Part shown: piece after piece, positions 48,208 to 59,049 of the stretch | Layout: each line of letters opens with the position of its first letter | Numbering within the stretch: position 1 is the stretch's first letter | Virus record (IMG/VR): IMGVR_UViG_2706795367_000001 | Coordinates: 32,001 to 96,000 of that record | Direction: 5' to 3' (one strand) | Length of the DNA stretch: 64,000 nt | Source of the DNA: a virus | Taxonomy: Duplodnaviria > Caudoviricetes | Translations under genes and position numbers: made by a program | The notes under the pieces: generated by a model | What the model was told of the DNA's origin: nothing | Seen by the model: only the letters and a program-made list of their open reading frames with translations | Databases searched by the model: none

Positions 48208-48918
48208 TTGAACGACTGGGACGAGGCCCGCAAAAAGAGCCTGGAACTCCAAAAGCTGGAACTCGACGTTGAGAACGCCAAGCTGGATCTCCGCCGGCTC
48301 GCCGCGGAGGCGGAGGAGAAAGAGCACCAGGCGGCGCTGGCCGCCATCCGACTGCGAGAGGCCGAGGCGGCAGAGACTGAGCGGGACTGCTCGGACGCCG
48401 CCAACTACACCTACCGGTTCGCCGACGAGGTGGATGACGACTCGATCTTCGCTTTGATGGACACGGTGAATTCGTGGCACCGCGCCGATGCGGAGTCGAA
48501 ATGGAACCTCATCATCGACTCACCGGGTGGGTATTGCAATTCGGGCTTTCACGCCATCGACCAGCTGATCGAGTATTCCGCGTGGGGCGGCGGCTCCCAC
48601 TACATCACCATGACAGTGAGGGGCATGGCCGCCTCCATGGGTGGAATCATTCTCCAGGCCGCGGATGAGAGGGTTATGGGAAGAAACGCCCAGATCCTTA
48701 TCCATCCCATCTCGTCGGGGCTATACGGCGGCAGGGGCGAACTCCATGACTACATGGGTCGCATTGAGATGCTCACCGCGCAGGCCGAGAAACTCTTCAA
48801 GCACCGCGCAGGGAAGAAGCTTCCCAGGAAGAAACTTAAAAACGCGCTTATGCATAAGAACTGGTGGATCGGTGCTGAAGAGGCGCTGGAGTACGCCCTC
48901 GTAGACAGGATTGGATAA
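48208..48918 (+). CDS. clpP: ClpP-like protease
   Basis: IDSPGG, GMAASMG, ILIH, EALEYALVD; N-terminal coiled coil. Confidence 0.88.
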   Translation: MNDWDEARKKSLELQKLELDVENAKLDLRRLAAEAEEKEHQAALAAIRLREAEAAETERDCSDAANYTYRFADEVDDDSIFALMDTVNSWHRADAESKWNLIIDSPGGYCNSGFHAIDQLIEYSAWGGGSHYITMTVRGMAASMGGIILQAADERVMGRNAQILIHPISSGLYGGRGELHDYMGRIEMLTAQAEKLFKHRAGKKLPRKKLKNALMHKNWWIGAEEALEYALVDRIG

Positions 48919-49454
48919 TGAGTCGTCAAATAGTCGTGGTGGACACGGAGGCCGGGGGGCTCGGTCCCAACGCTCCGGTGTTGGAGATCGCAGCGGTCAA
49001 TGTCGAGACCGGGGAGGAATTTCGTGTCGTCCCGTTCCTCACGGCGGCGCAACTCTCCTCCTGCGAACCCGAGGCGCTCGCCATCAATCGATTCTATGAG
49101 CGCCGGGTGTTCGCGGACATGCTAGAGAACGCCGGGGGGAATAAGAACGCTTTCGGCTGGCTGCGCAGCATGCTTGACGGAAATGTGTTCGCAGGCTCAA
49201 ACCCGGCATTTGACGCGCCGCTAATCGCCAAACTGTTGAACGGCGAGCCGTGGCATCATCGCAAACTTGCGCTGGAATCGTATGCGGCAGGCGTGCTGGG
49301 CCTGCCCCTCGACGAGCTCCCGGGCCTGAATACTGTGTGCGAACTCCTCGGGGTAGTGAACGAAGAGGCGCATTCCGCACTGGGGGATGCGCGTGCCACG
49401 GCCGCGTGCTTCCGGATTCTGCAGGCCCTGGCCAAGCAGAATCGGGCGCGATGA
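48918..49454 (+). CDS. DnaQ-like 3'-5' exonuclease
   Basis: VDTE, N.AFD, HSALGDA (DEDDh). Confidence 0.88.
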   Translation: MSRQIVVVDTEAGGLGPNAPVLEIAAVNVETGEEFRVVPFLTAAQLSSCEPEALAINRFYERRVFADMLENAGGNKNAFGWLRSMLDGNVFAGSNPAFDAPLIAKLLNGEPWHHRKLALESYAAGVLGLPLDELPGLNTVCELLGVVNEEAHSALGDARATAACFRILQALAKQNRAR

Positions 49455-50601
49455 CCGACTACCGCACGGGGCTCTCCATCGCCCCGGTGAATGATGACCT
49501 TGGCAGCATCTATGACGCCATCTTCTACGGCGGCCGAGAGGTCGGGGCAATTACGGATTGGCGGTACGAGCCTGAGCCTAATTGGTACATGCCAGACGCG
49601 CGGCGGAGCCCGAGGGCGGTAATCGCGCTGACGATTCAGTTGACACCCCGGGCCGCCGCCCCCAAGCCCAAGCGCCGGACATACACAGAAGCCTATGGAT
49701 TGAGGAGGCCGCGGTGACTTACGAGCCCACTTACCGCTACTACGCCCTCGAATGTGACGCGTGCAAGAAAATCGTGGGCATGAACACCGATGGTCAACTT
49801 CCCTCGCGGGGGTTGACCATCTGCGTGGACTGCTGGACGAACCCCGGCGACCTTCCGGAGTATTTGCGCTCCACCCTTCGATACGACCAGGCGGGGAAGC
49901 TGTGACGCAGGCCCTGAAGACCCGCGGCGCTATCAACCGCATCCAGCCTCGGGCCACCAAAGAACAGGTCGAGGGCACCCCCCTTTATGCGGAGGCGAAT
50001 CTCTACGAAGTGGGCGCCGTCATTTTGGACGCGAACGGGGTGGCCTGGCAGCGGGATATCGAAAACCTCACCACCGAGTATCTCAACCTCGACCGTGGCA
50101 AGACCTACTGGTGGAAGGTAGGCTCTGACGACGACTCGCTGACATCCATGGACATTCCCCTGCCCGCCGTCCTCTTGAGCCCCGGAGTGAACAGTGACTG
50201 ACGAACTCATCTCCCGAGCGGAGCAGTCCCTAGAGGGTGTAACAGAGGGTCCGTGGGAGGTCGCCGAGGAGATCGACGGATGGCGCGCGGGCCGACCGAC
50301 CGTGATTCGGGCGCGCAACCCCAATCCAGGCTGGGAATACCTTCGCGTGGTAACCGTCGGCCAGACGCGCCCCCACTTCGGAACAATGAGGGGCACCAAA
50401 GGGCAGGACGAGGCGAACGTGGCATTCATCGCCGCAGCGCGCTCCCTCGTTCCCGAACTCCTAGAAGCCCTCAAAGAGGCTCGAAATGAGGTCCAGTACC
50501 TCCGAGGCTATATAGCGGGCCAGGATGGCGGCGGGCCCGACGACGAGTCCCTGTGGAGTATGTGGCCGGTCCGGAAAGACGTCGAACGACCACATTCATA
50601 A
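49451..50601 (+). other. Four small hypothetical genes (49451-49717, 49714-49905, 49902-50201, 50194-50601)
   Basis: Coupled ORFs; 50194 is related to the 14605 ORF. Confidence 0.6.
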
Positions 50602-51141
50602 ATGTCGTCGAACGACAACAAAGGGGTTGGGTTGGGCGAGGTCAGATACGGAAAAGATGAAGAACTAGAAGCCCTCGCCAACGAATGGTTATCCAAAGGG
50701 GTGGGGGAGAACGAGCGCTCCGACCAGCGGGCCAAGGAGAAGCTTCTCTACGAGTTCGGCGCCCTCACTGAAGACGACCTCGAACTCTACGACCCCTCCA
50801 ACGACTGGGACACCCAGGACTCGGCCTTCTCGCTGATGGTCAGCCCGCGCGACCTCGAAGCCCTAGAACCGTCCATCTGCACCGACGACAACAGCCGGGC
50901 CCGCAATCAGCGGATGCGGGAGCGCCGGGCCCTTATGCGCCACGTCAACGACACGGATGCCTGGGGGCCGGCGGCCGAGGACCCCATTCCGTCGCTCGGC
51001 GAGAATGAAGAGGCCGAGCGCAAGGTTTGCACCAAGTGCAAGAGGCTCAAGAGGGTGGAGTTTTTCTATGCCCAGCCGCGCAATAAGGATGGATATTCAT
51101 CCTGGTGCAAGTCATGCCAGAAAAGTATAAATAAGCGGTAA
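50602..51141 (+). CDS. Hypothetical protein with C-terminal Zn finger
   Basis: KVCTKC..FY..DG.SSWCKSC. Confidence 0.65.
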   Translation: MSSNDNKGVGLGEVRYGKDEELEALANEWLSKGVGENERSDQRAKEKLLYEFGALTEDDLELYDPSNDWDTQDSAFSLMVSPRDLEALEPSICTDDNSRARNQRMRERRALMRHVNDTDAWGPAAEDPIPSLGENEEAERKVCTKCKRLKRVEFFYAQPRNKDGYSSWCKSCQKSINKR

Positions 51142-51204
51142 ACGCGCACATCTCGAGCATAGGCCTTGAACTGGGATTTTCTCATCCATCCTGGGGATAT
51201 GCCG

Positions 51205-51425
51205 ATCTAGCCGCCCTGGCGAGTGTGAGGAAGACTTTTCATACTCCTAACGGGGCGGCCGGAGAACCCCGCGTGCTGCGCCTATCGCGCCGTAAAGCCA
51301 AACAACCGGCAAGTCTAGAAACTCGATCGCTGCTCCCTACGGGTTAGAGCGGCGATCCGGCCGGCCCACTGGCCCCGTAGCGCGCGCGGGGGAGAGCAAC
51401 CGTGGGCCGGCCCCCTTCTTTCTTA
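51205..51425 (+). ncRNA. Candidate structured ncRNA
   Basis: Three long stems 51210-51259, 51325-51357, 51359-51412 followed by a U-rich tail. Confidence 0.45.
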
Positions 51426-51594
51426 GGTGGTCGCCAATGAGGGTTGATTTAGCCTGCGCCGAATGCGGTGCCGAATGCCCACCGTGGCTGGGCGCCGCTC
51501 ATAAATGCCCGCCGCAGGGATGGAACCTGGCGCAATATCAGGTCAACTATCTCCGCAATGGGCGGGACACCGGTCCACGCGTTTGGCCGGTGTC

Positions 51595-51840
51595 ATGAAC
51601 GCGCGGGAAAAGTGGATCTCCATCGTGGCGGACATCCTCGAATACGAACTCACCTGTGAAACCGATCAGTTGCTCAGCTGCGAGGCGGACAGGTGGATCG
51701 AGGCCCACCCGGTATTGGCGCGCACGGCCATCCTCACCGTCGGTATAGCGCTCACGCTGCACGTGGCGAACGCTATCCCGCCCAAGTGGGATGTCATCTC
51801 CAAGGGTTTTTTCCTTTGGGGTCAGCTCCGCAATTCTTAA
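51595..51840 (+). CDS. Small membrane protein
   Basis: LLS.EADRW..HP..LHVAN.IP..WD mycobacteriophage family motif. Confidence 0.65.
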   Translation: MNAREKWISIVADILEYELTCETDQLLSCEADRWIEAHPVLARTAILTVGIALTLHVANAIPPKWDVISKGFFLWGQLRNS

Positions 51841-51866
51841 TCACCGCCAAACTCCAGGGGAACAGA

Positions 51867-52709
51867 GTGGCACCTCTCAAGCATGTCGTCATGTTCTCGG
51901 GTGGCGTCGGTTCGTGGGCAACCGCTAAGCGTGTTGCCGAACTGTATGGCACCGACAATCTCACCCTCCTTTTCGCCGACGTGGGCGGCAAGCACACCTC
52001 CCCCCATGCGGGGGAGGACGAAGACTGCTACCGCTTCATCGAGGACGCCCACAGGAACGTGGGTGGCGAGCTGGTAATCCTCAATGAGGGCCGGGACATC
52101 TGGGAGGTGTTCCGGGATAACCGTTTCCTCGGCAACTCGAGGCTCGCGAATTGCAGCAAATTCCTGAAGCAGCAGCCCTGCCGGGAGTGGCTCGACGCCA
52201 ACTGCGACCCGGAGAACACCGCGGTCTACGTCGGTATCGACTGGTCGGAGACGCACCGCATTCCCGCCATCGAGAAAGCCTACCTGCCGTACGCGGCGTT
52301 CTGTCCCATGACGGAGCCCCCGTACCTCGGCAAAGAGGAAATGCTCGAATGGTGCCGCGAGGAGGGGCTGGAGCCCCCCCGGATGTACGCGGCCGGATTC
52401 CCGCACGCGAATTGCGGCGGGGGGTGCGTAAGGGCGGGCCATGGTCAGTTCAAATTGCTCTTTGAACAAAACCCTGAGCGCTTCGCCTACTGGGAGCAGA
52501 AGGAGCAGGAGCTCCGCGACTACCTGGAGAAGGATGTCGCAATTCTGCGCGATCGCAGCGGGGGTAAAAGCACCCCGCTGCCGCTGAGCGTGTTCCGCAG
52601 GCGCCTGGAGGGCGAACCGGAACTCGTGGACGCTGACGATATCGGCGGATGTGGGTGTTTCGTGGATGAGCCCGCGAACTTCCCGACGCAGATGGAACTT
52701 GACCTTTAA
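51867..52709 (+). CDS. PAPS-reductase-like adenine nucleotide alpha-hydrolase
   Basis: PP-loop MFSGGVGS; HANCGGGCV; C-terminal GCGC. Confidence 0.8.
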   Translation: MAPLKHVVMFSGGVGSWATAKRVAELYGTDNLTLLFADVGGKHTSPHAGEDEDCYRFIEDAHRNVGGELVILNEGRDIWEVFRDNRFLGNSRLANCSKFLKQQPCREWLDANCDPENTAVYVGIDWSETHRIPAIEKAYLPYAAFCPMTEPPYLGKEEMLEWCREEGLEPPRMYAAGFPHANCGGGCVRAGHGQFKLLFEQNPERFAYWEQKEQELRDYLEKDVAILRDRSGGKSTPLPLSVFRRRLEGEPELVDADDIGGCGCFVDEPANFPTQMELDL

Positions 52710-52732
52710 TCGCCAAACAAAGGGGAACTTGA

Positions 52733-53113
52733 ATGGCGACCGTAAAACATAACTGCACTTATGTCAGTGGCCCAATGAGCGGGTTAGAAGATTTTAACCA
52801 CCCCGCCTTCAACGCCAAGGCCGCAGAACTCCGCGCCGCCGGCGAGGAAGTGATCAACCCCGCCGAATTCGATGCCGAGATCGGCCCTGACCAATCCTGG
52901 GATACCTACCTCCGCAGGGACCTCATCCTATTGGCCCAGCACTGCAACAAGATCGTCCTGCTGCCGGGGTGGCAGTCGTCGATCGGCGCGCGCCTGGAAC
53001 TCCACGTCGCCGAGCAACTCGGTATGACCGTGGTGTATCCCACGGGCGAAACCGTGCATCATCGCCCCGCGGGCGCCGTGAAGCTTGCTCAGCATCGCGA
53101 GGTGTTCGCATGA
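52733..53113 (+). CDS. DUF4406 / nucleoside deoxyribosyltransferase-like
   Basis: YVSGPMSG..N..AF, NPAE, LPGW.SS.GARLE. Confidence 0.85.
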   Translation: MATVKHNCTYVSGPMSGLEDFNHPAFNAKAAELRAAGEEVINPAEFDAEIGPDQSWDTYLRRDLILLAQHCNKIVLLPGWQSSIGARLELHVAEQLGMTVVYPTGETVHHRPAGAVKLAQHREVFA

Positions 53114-53207
53114 GGGAGTGGGGGCCTTTCGCCATCGTGATCGCTGCGGCCATTCTCCTCTGGGATTGGTACCTGGAACTCCGTGAGGCGGAGTTGGAGG
53201 ACGCCCA

Positions 53208-53588
53208 GTGAACCTCCTCGACGGCACGACCGAATTCATGCGCCTGGGTCGACAGAACGTCGACGGCGGGCAGTTCAACGACCACGCCATTCGCGAACTT
53301 CGCCACTCTCTCCTGAAAGAGGAGTATGGGGAGTGGGAATGGGCCGATCTCCATGGCGATCTCGTAGAGGTCGTTGACGGCCTATTGGACATTATCGTGG
53401 TCGCCTGGGGCTCCCTTTTGTCGTTTGTCGGCGAGGAGAAGGCCAAGGCTGCCGCGGCGGAGGTTGTGCGCTCCAATCTAGACAAGGTGAAGGGCGAGGG
53501 TCTGCCGATTTTCAACGAAGCAGGGAAGATCCAGAAGCCCCCCGGCTGGCGCGGCCCCGACATCGCTGGCGTACTGGGGGGCAAATGA
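53208..53588 (+). CDS. MazG-like nucleotide pyrophosphohydrolase
   Basis: EEYGE..DGLLD..SNLDK..GKIQKP. Confidence 0.85.
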   Translation: MNLLDGTTEFMRLGRQNVDGGQFNDHAIRELRHSLLKEEYGEWEWADLHGDLVEVVDGLLDIIVVAWGSLLSFVGEEKAKAAAAEVVRSNLDKVKGEGLPIFNEAGKIQKPPGWRGPDIAGVLGGK

Positions 53589-53974
53589 CAGCTAAAGAAG
53601 AAGTCCGTACAGTATCGTCGACCGGCGCTCGCAAGGGTACAAAAATGTGTCGGCCGGACCTTATCCCCGCCAGGGCCCATATGGAGCTGGCGACCCATTA
53701 TGCTCATGGGGCCGCTAAGTACACCGAGTACGACGACAAGGGGAATGTGACCCACGAGGGCGGCAATAACTGGCGCCTGGGTTACGAGTGGTCCAAGTCC
53801 ATCGCCGCCCTGGAGCGGCACCTGCTCGCGTTCAAGTCCGGCGAGGACTACGACGCCGAATTCGGCAGCAAGCACATTATTGCCGCGGCGTGGCATTGCA
53901 TGACGCTCGCGACATTCATGGATGAGCATCCTGAGTTCGATGACCGCTGGTCGACCATAAGTAAACGAACCTAA
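53585..53974 (+). CDS. dATP/dGTP diphosphohydrolase domain protein (DUF5664-like)
   Basis: R.DLIP, GAAKY, NWRLG, RHL..F..GED.D.E.G..H. Confidence 0.85.
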   Translation: MTAKEEVRTVSSTGARKGTKMCRPDLIPARAHMELATHYAHGAAKYTEYDDKGNVTHEGGNNWRLGYEWSKSIAALERHLLAFKSGEDYDAEFGSKHIIAAAWHCMTLATFMDEHPEFDDRWSTISKRT

Positions 53975-53987
53975 AGGGGGAGCGACC

Positions 53988-54230
53988 GTGTCGCTTACCG
54001 ACAGGCTTGCCGCTCGTCGGCAGTACGCAACACTTTCCAACAATGGCTGTGCCACCTGCAAATGGCTAGACAGGCAAACCGAGGATGTCCGGATGGCTGT
54101 AGCCGACTGGATTGACGAAGGTTTGTCTTTGACGCCTCTGCATGAGGAGCTTGCGGCCGACGGACTTCCGGTGGGGCTTTCCGCCTTCACTGGCCATGTC
54201 CGTAAGTGTCACAAGGTGGGCCCTAAGTGA
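53988..54230 (+). CDS. Hypothetical protein
   Basis: CATCKW..H...C; precedes the phosphoesterase. Confidence 0.6.
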   Translation: MSLTDRLAARRQYATLSNNGCATCKWLDRQTEDVRMAVADWIDEGLSLTPLHEELAADGLPVGLSAFTGHVRKCHKVGPK

Positions 54231-55447
54231 GCGACGACAAACCAAGCCTCGGTGAGCGGCTGGCCGCCCGCGCGATGGAATCGGAAGAAACTGAGTACAC
54301 CGCGAAAACCGAGTTCGACGGGGTTTCTGGCTATATCCAGACCGGCCCCGTCGACACCAAGGTTACTCCGGAAGAGTATTCCGACATCCTGGTCCGCTTC
54401 GGCTACGACCCGAAGAAGATCCGCATCGTCGGCTACCCGCGGGTCTCCCGGTGGCAGCAGCGCGCCCGCAAAAAGGCGTGGAGCGACGAGAAGGCCCAGT
54501 ACATCCAGACGCACGAGTTTGAGACCGTGTGGCTGGAGGCGTACCGCTTCAGCATCGCCCCCACTCTCCCCGGATTGGATCTCCCGGCCCTGTACGCCGC
54601 AGTGGAGCGCGACCACGAGGTCCGCACCTCCGATCGGGTAGACGGCCAGGCCACTGTCGTGGTGGCGTGGGGCGACGTCCAGACCGGCAAGGTGGATCAC
54701 CTCGGCGGCATGGAAGAGCTCCTTCACCGCCTTCAGGACAAGCGTGACGCCCTGCGCGAGTACCTGGCGCGCACCCCGCACGATCACATCGTGGTTGCCG
54801 ATGTTGGCGACATTATCGAGGGCTTCGACAACGTTGACTCTCAGATTCGCACCAACGGGCTTTCCCTGATGGATCAGGTGGAGGTGGCGGCGACGGAGTT
54901 CTGGAAGACCATCAAGTTGTGCGCCGAATACGCGCCGGTCGATGTTCTGTCCATCCCGTCCAATCACTGCGCCTGGCGCCGCGGCAGCAAGCAGATCGCG
55001 GGCCTGCCCAACGACGACTGGGGTATCCACATCTCCAAGCGCCTGGAGGGGCTGAGTAATGAGCTCGGCCTGGGCGTGAAGTTCCACCGCCCCGAGTCCG
55101 AGTATCTGGAGATGCTGGAGTTCGACATCCGCGGCACCCGCCTCGGATTGGCTCATGGTCACCAAGCTCGGAATCCGAAGTCCGTCTGCGACTGGTGGGC
55201 GAAGATGTCCCACGCCGGAGAACTGTCTTGCGACGTTCTCCTCACCGGACACTTCCATTTCCCGACGTTCCGCCCCTCCGGCCGGAATCCTCGCACGGGC
55301 CGGACCAAGTGGCATGTGCAGTGCTCCACGCTCGACAACGGCTCGGCCTGGGTCCGGAACGCCTTCGGTGAAGACGGTGACCCTGCCTTGACGGTGTTCA
55401 CCATCGACGAGGGCGGATTCAACGTGAGCGGATTTGCGCTGCTGTGA
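54227..55447 (+). CDS. Metallophosphoesterase (Mre11/SbcD-like)
   Basis: GDVQ.GK, GDIIE, SNH, HGH, GHFH. Confidence 0.85.
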   Translation: MSDDKPSLGERLAARAMESEETEYTAKTEFDGVSGYIQTGPVDTKVTPEEYSDILVRFGYDPKKIRIVGYPRVSRWQQRARKKAWSDEKAQYIQTHEFETVWLEAYRFSIAPTLPGLDLPALYAAVERDHEVRTSDRVDGQATVVVAWGDVQTGKVDHLGGMEELLHRLQDKRDALREYLARTPHDHIVVADVGDIIEGFDNVDSQIRTNGLSLMDQVEVAATEFWKTIKLCAEYAPVDVLSIPSNHCAWRRGSKQIAGLPNDDWGIHISKRLEGLSNELGLGVKFHRPESEYLEMLEFDIRGTRLGLAHGHQARNPKSVCDWWAKMSHAGELSCDVLLTGHFHFPTFRPSGRNPRTGRTKWHVQCSTLDNGSAWVRNAFGEDGDPALTVFTIDEGGFNVSGFALL

Positions 55448-55533
55448 CGTCTGCCAGGCATTCCCGAGGCACGTGGGACTGCGTTCGCCGCGCTAAGGAG
55501 GCCGGTATTCCAGTGAAGGTATTCGAATCGTGA
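55444..55533 (+). pseudogene. C-terminal fragment of a SLOG/DUF2493-like gene
   Basis: MTSARHSRGTWDCVRRAKEAGIPVKVFES. Confidence 0.45.
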
Positions 55534-58500
55534 CCAACGAGGAATTGATCGAGAAGTTTGTCGAGAAACTCGCCGCGGAGCAGCCTGGATTCAAATACCT
55601 GGAACCACTGCCCGCCCCGCCCACGGAGGGCGAAATCCTCTGGGGACGCATAGAAGACCTGGAGCGCAAACACGAAGAACTCCTCGAGCGCTTCGAGTCT
55701 CACCGCCACGTTATCGGCGACGGGATGGTCAACGGCCGGTACGAGAAATTCGCTACCGGTGAGCCAATCAATGAAAGCTAGGTAGGAATGCACGATCCCG
55801 AATGCAACTGCGGCGGAATCCCGGAGGATGCCGTAGTTCTGCGCGAACTGAGGATTGTCGAATTCCTCAACCCGGAGGACGGGGAGATCTACAAGATCGA
55901 CCTGTCCCACGATGGCTCGGATAATGAGCTCCCCCTCGGGGGGATGCTCGAATTGGCGGAGTGGGCGAAAAGCATGGCGATATCGCCGCTTATCGCCGAT
56001 CTGGTCTACCAGTTTATGAACATCGAAGAAGAATAACTACCACCTTCAGGGGAACGAAGTGCGGTACTCAGAAAACAGGCCCATTTTGCTCAAGGGCATC
56101 CACGAGCAAGACCACGACAACCCCGCAACACCCAGGTGGATTTCTCCGCTGGCGTCGGGATTTCTGATCGCCAAGGAGCTGGGGGTAACGCCCCCGACTC
56201 CGAAGCAGAATCGCCGCGGCCGCAGAGCCGCTGGTGTGCGCCGGATTCGCCGGCGCCTACCCGGCTTGGCCATTCCGAAGTCCCGACAGCCCTGGAGGGT
56301 GAAATGATCTATGCGGCGACCACCGAGGATGGCTACACGAGCGTTCTTGTGATGGGGGATGAGCCCGCTTACACGCGGGACGACTGGGAGACCTATCACG
56401 TGTCCTATGGACTCGGGCTTTGTAACGGCAAGCTTGATCCGGAGTTTGTTATTCCGCTCCAGGTGACCGTAAGGGCCGGACTCAGGGGCGAGGCGAACAC
56501 GAAACGCCGGAGGACGGCTCCGGGCAACGACGCGGTCACCGCACTGCGCTTGATGATGGGTCTAATCAATGAGCAATGACAAAGTCCGTCACCGCGGCAA
56601 GCCCGCCGAGCCCTTCGCGGAGGTCGGTGCCCACGGGCGCATCACCCGCACCAAAGAAGACGGCCGACTGCGCATCACCCCCAAGGGTCATGGACTCCCA
56701 GCAATGGCGTACGTCTCCTGGAAAGACGGCGAGTTCTTCACCTGGGAGCGTCTCTCGGATTTGACCTTCACGAAGGGCCGCAAATGAGAAAGTGCTCTAC
56801 TTGCGACCAGCCGTTCGAGAACGGCGAGCCAACCGTCCTGGTGAGCGGTGAGGCCATGCACCCGTGGTGCGACCTCACGCCCGGCCGCGGCGGGACATGC
56901 GATACGGACAACTGCCATTGGCGGTGGACTTATCACGCTGGGGCGTGCGTCGTATGACCTGCGGGGAGCGGTGGCGCGACCCCTCGGAAGAGGACGACTG
57001 CGGCTGCATGAAAACGCAGGGGCACGGCGGGTGCCATCAATGTTGCTGCGGGTCGCGACATTGACCGCCTTCTCCAACTCCACCGAATTTGAGATCTGGT
57101 CCATCAACTGGTGTGGCCGGTGCGTGCGCGATGAGCATGCCGACTCCGGGTTCGGTTGCCCGATCCTTGACACGGTTTATCTAGAAAACAGAGTCCCGCC
57201 AGAGTGGAGCGAGGGTACCGATGACCTCAGAGACCGATACCACTGCTCAGAGTTCGAACCTTCGTAAGTGGCAGCAGCCGCTTTCGCCTGAAGCCATTGA
57301 AGATTTAGCGGTCCAGTTCGCAATCCTGCGCGATTGTTTCCGGCCGACTAAGCCCCGGATTCGTTCCCGCAAAGAGTTCTGGGAGCGGTGATGCGCCGGG
57401 GGCTGGCCCTGGCGCTGCACTGGCTGGCGCTGAGGATCTACCGGGACGAGCACACAGAGCGCATCGAAATAACCGACGAGTACGACATTGTCCGCTGCCG
57501 CGTAGAGGTGGCGGGGGATGAATCCGGCCACGGGGTTGATTCGGAGTATGACCTTCTACCCCCGGGCTGGACGATGCGCCAATTCAAGGATGGGGAGCGG
57601 TATCGGTGAATGAACTCACTCCGGAAATGGTCGCCCAGTACGATCAGCAGCTCGCGGCGTGCAACGAGTGTCTTGATAAGTTCGTCGAGACGTTTCAGAC
57701 CTTGTCGTGGTGCGTGGGGTCGGACCTGGTGACGATGGAGTTCGCCAACGATTTTGTTCGGCGGGTCGAGCTTGCCGAGAACGGCGAGGACACCGAAGAC
57801 GACTTCGGGGTGACTACCGAGTTCCTGGCGAACATGTTGACGGTGGCTATCAAGAGATTGGCGCGGGTATGATCCGGCTTCCCAATGGCGACATGATAGG
57901 CCCGCGCGACAGCGTAATCCGGGAATTGCTCACCGGTGAAGAGGTGCCTGTCGAGGACTGGGTTGTGGACCAGTCTGAGTTTGTGGACACCAACGCGTGG
58001 CGCTACTGCAAGTTCTATGATCTTCCCCCGGAGTTTTGGGCCGACATGCTTCACGATTACGTTTGGGAGCCCGAATGATATCCATCGCCCTGGTGGATGG
58101 GCGCCCAGTCACCCCCTGTAAAATGGGATGGCTGGTGGATGACACGGTAACCAAGGCTGCCCAGGTGGGGTTAACCTGGACCCCGGAAGACGTGCATCAG
58201 CACCTTCTGATCACGATGTTCGATTACCCTATACCGCCCGAGTTTCAGTCTCGCTATGACCAGATGAACGCAGATTTGAAGCGGGTGGGCGATACGGTTT
58301 GTCATTGTGGCGCTCCGGGCGAGCGATACGCCGGAAAGAGATACGCGATGTGCCCGCCGTGCGCCTATAGCGTGCATGAAACCTGCCTTTGCAGCGAGAG
58401 CGAGTGAACACGATGCAGTGCGACCTTTGCGACCTCGAGGAGAACCACGAGGACATGCATATTATCTACGCCCCGGCCGAGGAGTTTGACTGGCTCATGA

Positions 58501-58927
58501 AGATACTTGACGACGAAGAAGTATGAGCATAATCGAAGACCTCATGCTGCTCGAGGATCTTCGCGGGGCCATTGAGACCCCGCTCGACATGTCGGTATTT
58601 ACCGGGGGGAACATAGTGAAGTATTACCCGCGCCGCAAAGACGGTGTGTGCGCCATCCGCTTTGACGGGTCGCACGAATCGGCACAGAAGATTGCTCGCG
58701 CTATAGGCAAGACCGTCCAGCACGAGATTCCCGCCGACGTCCTGCCGGGCGACACCGGCGGCACGTTGACAATTCCCGGCGAGAGTTGCTCCGTTCGCCC
58801 GGGAGATGTGGTCGTCGTCTTCGACATGGCCCACATCGAATACCGTGACGGCACGGTGCTCTCGCGCAAGTTTAGCGTGATGAGCGCTGAGCGGTTCGAT
58901 AAGGAATACAGCCTTAACGGTCTCTGA
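55530..58927 (+). other. Run of small hypothetical genes (55530-55781, 55788-56036, 56304-56579, 56569-56787, 57061-57267, 57388-57609, 57606-57872, 57869-58078, 58075-58407, 58523-58927)
   Basis: Co-oriented ORFs with overlaps or RBS; no recognisable domains. Confidence 0.55.
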
Positions 58928-59049
58928 TTTTGTTGGGCACTCAAGGGCGCTAAAGACGCCGGTGGAGGGGCAACCCTGCGAAGCCGAGGGCCCCCCAGGA
59001 TTCGCCGCCCTGGAGATCAACTAGCGGCGGGCCAATGGTGTGATACCGC

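Noticed and set aside
23029-55315. Long antisense ORFs (e.g. 23029-24111, 39387-40658, 46741-48093, 52928-54190, 54209-55315)
   Set aside because: Shadow frames of real + strand genes in high-GC DNA; no motifs
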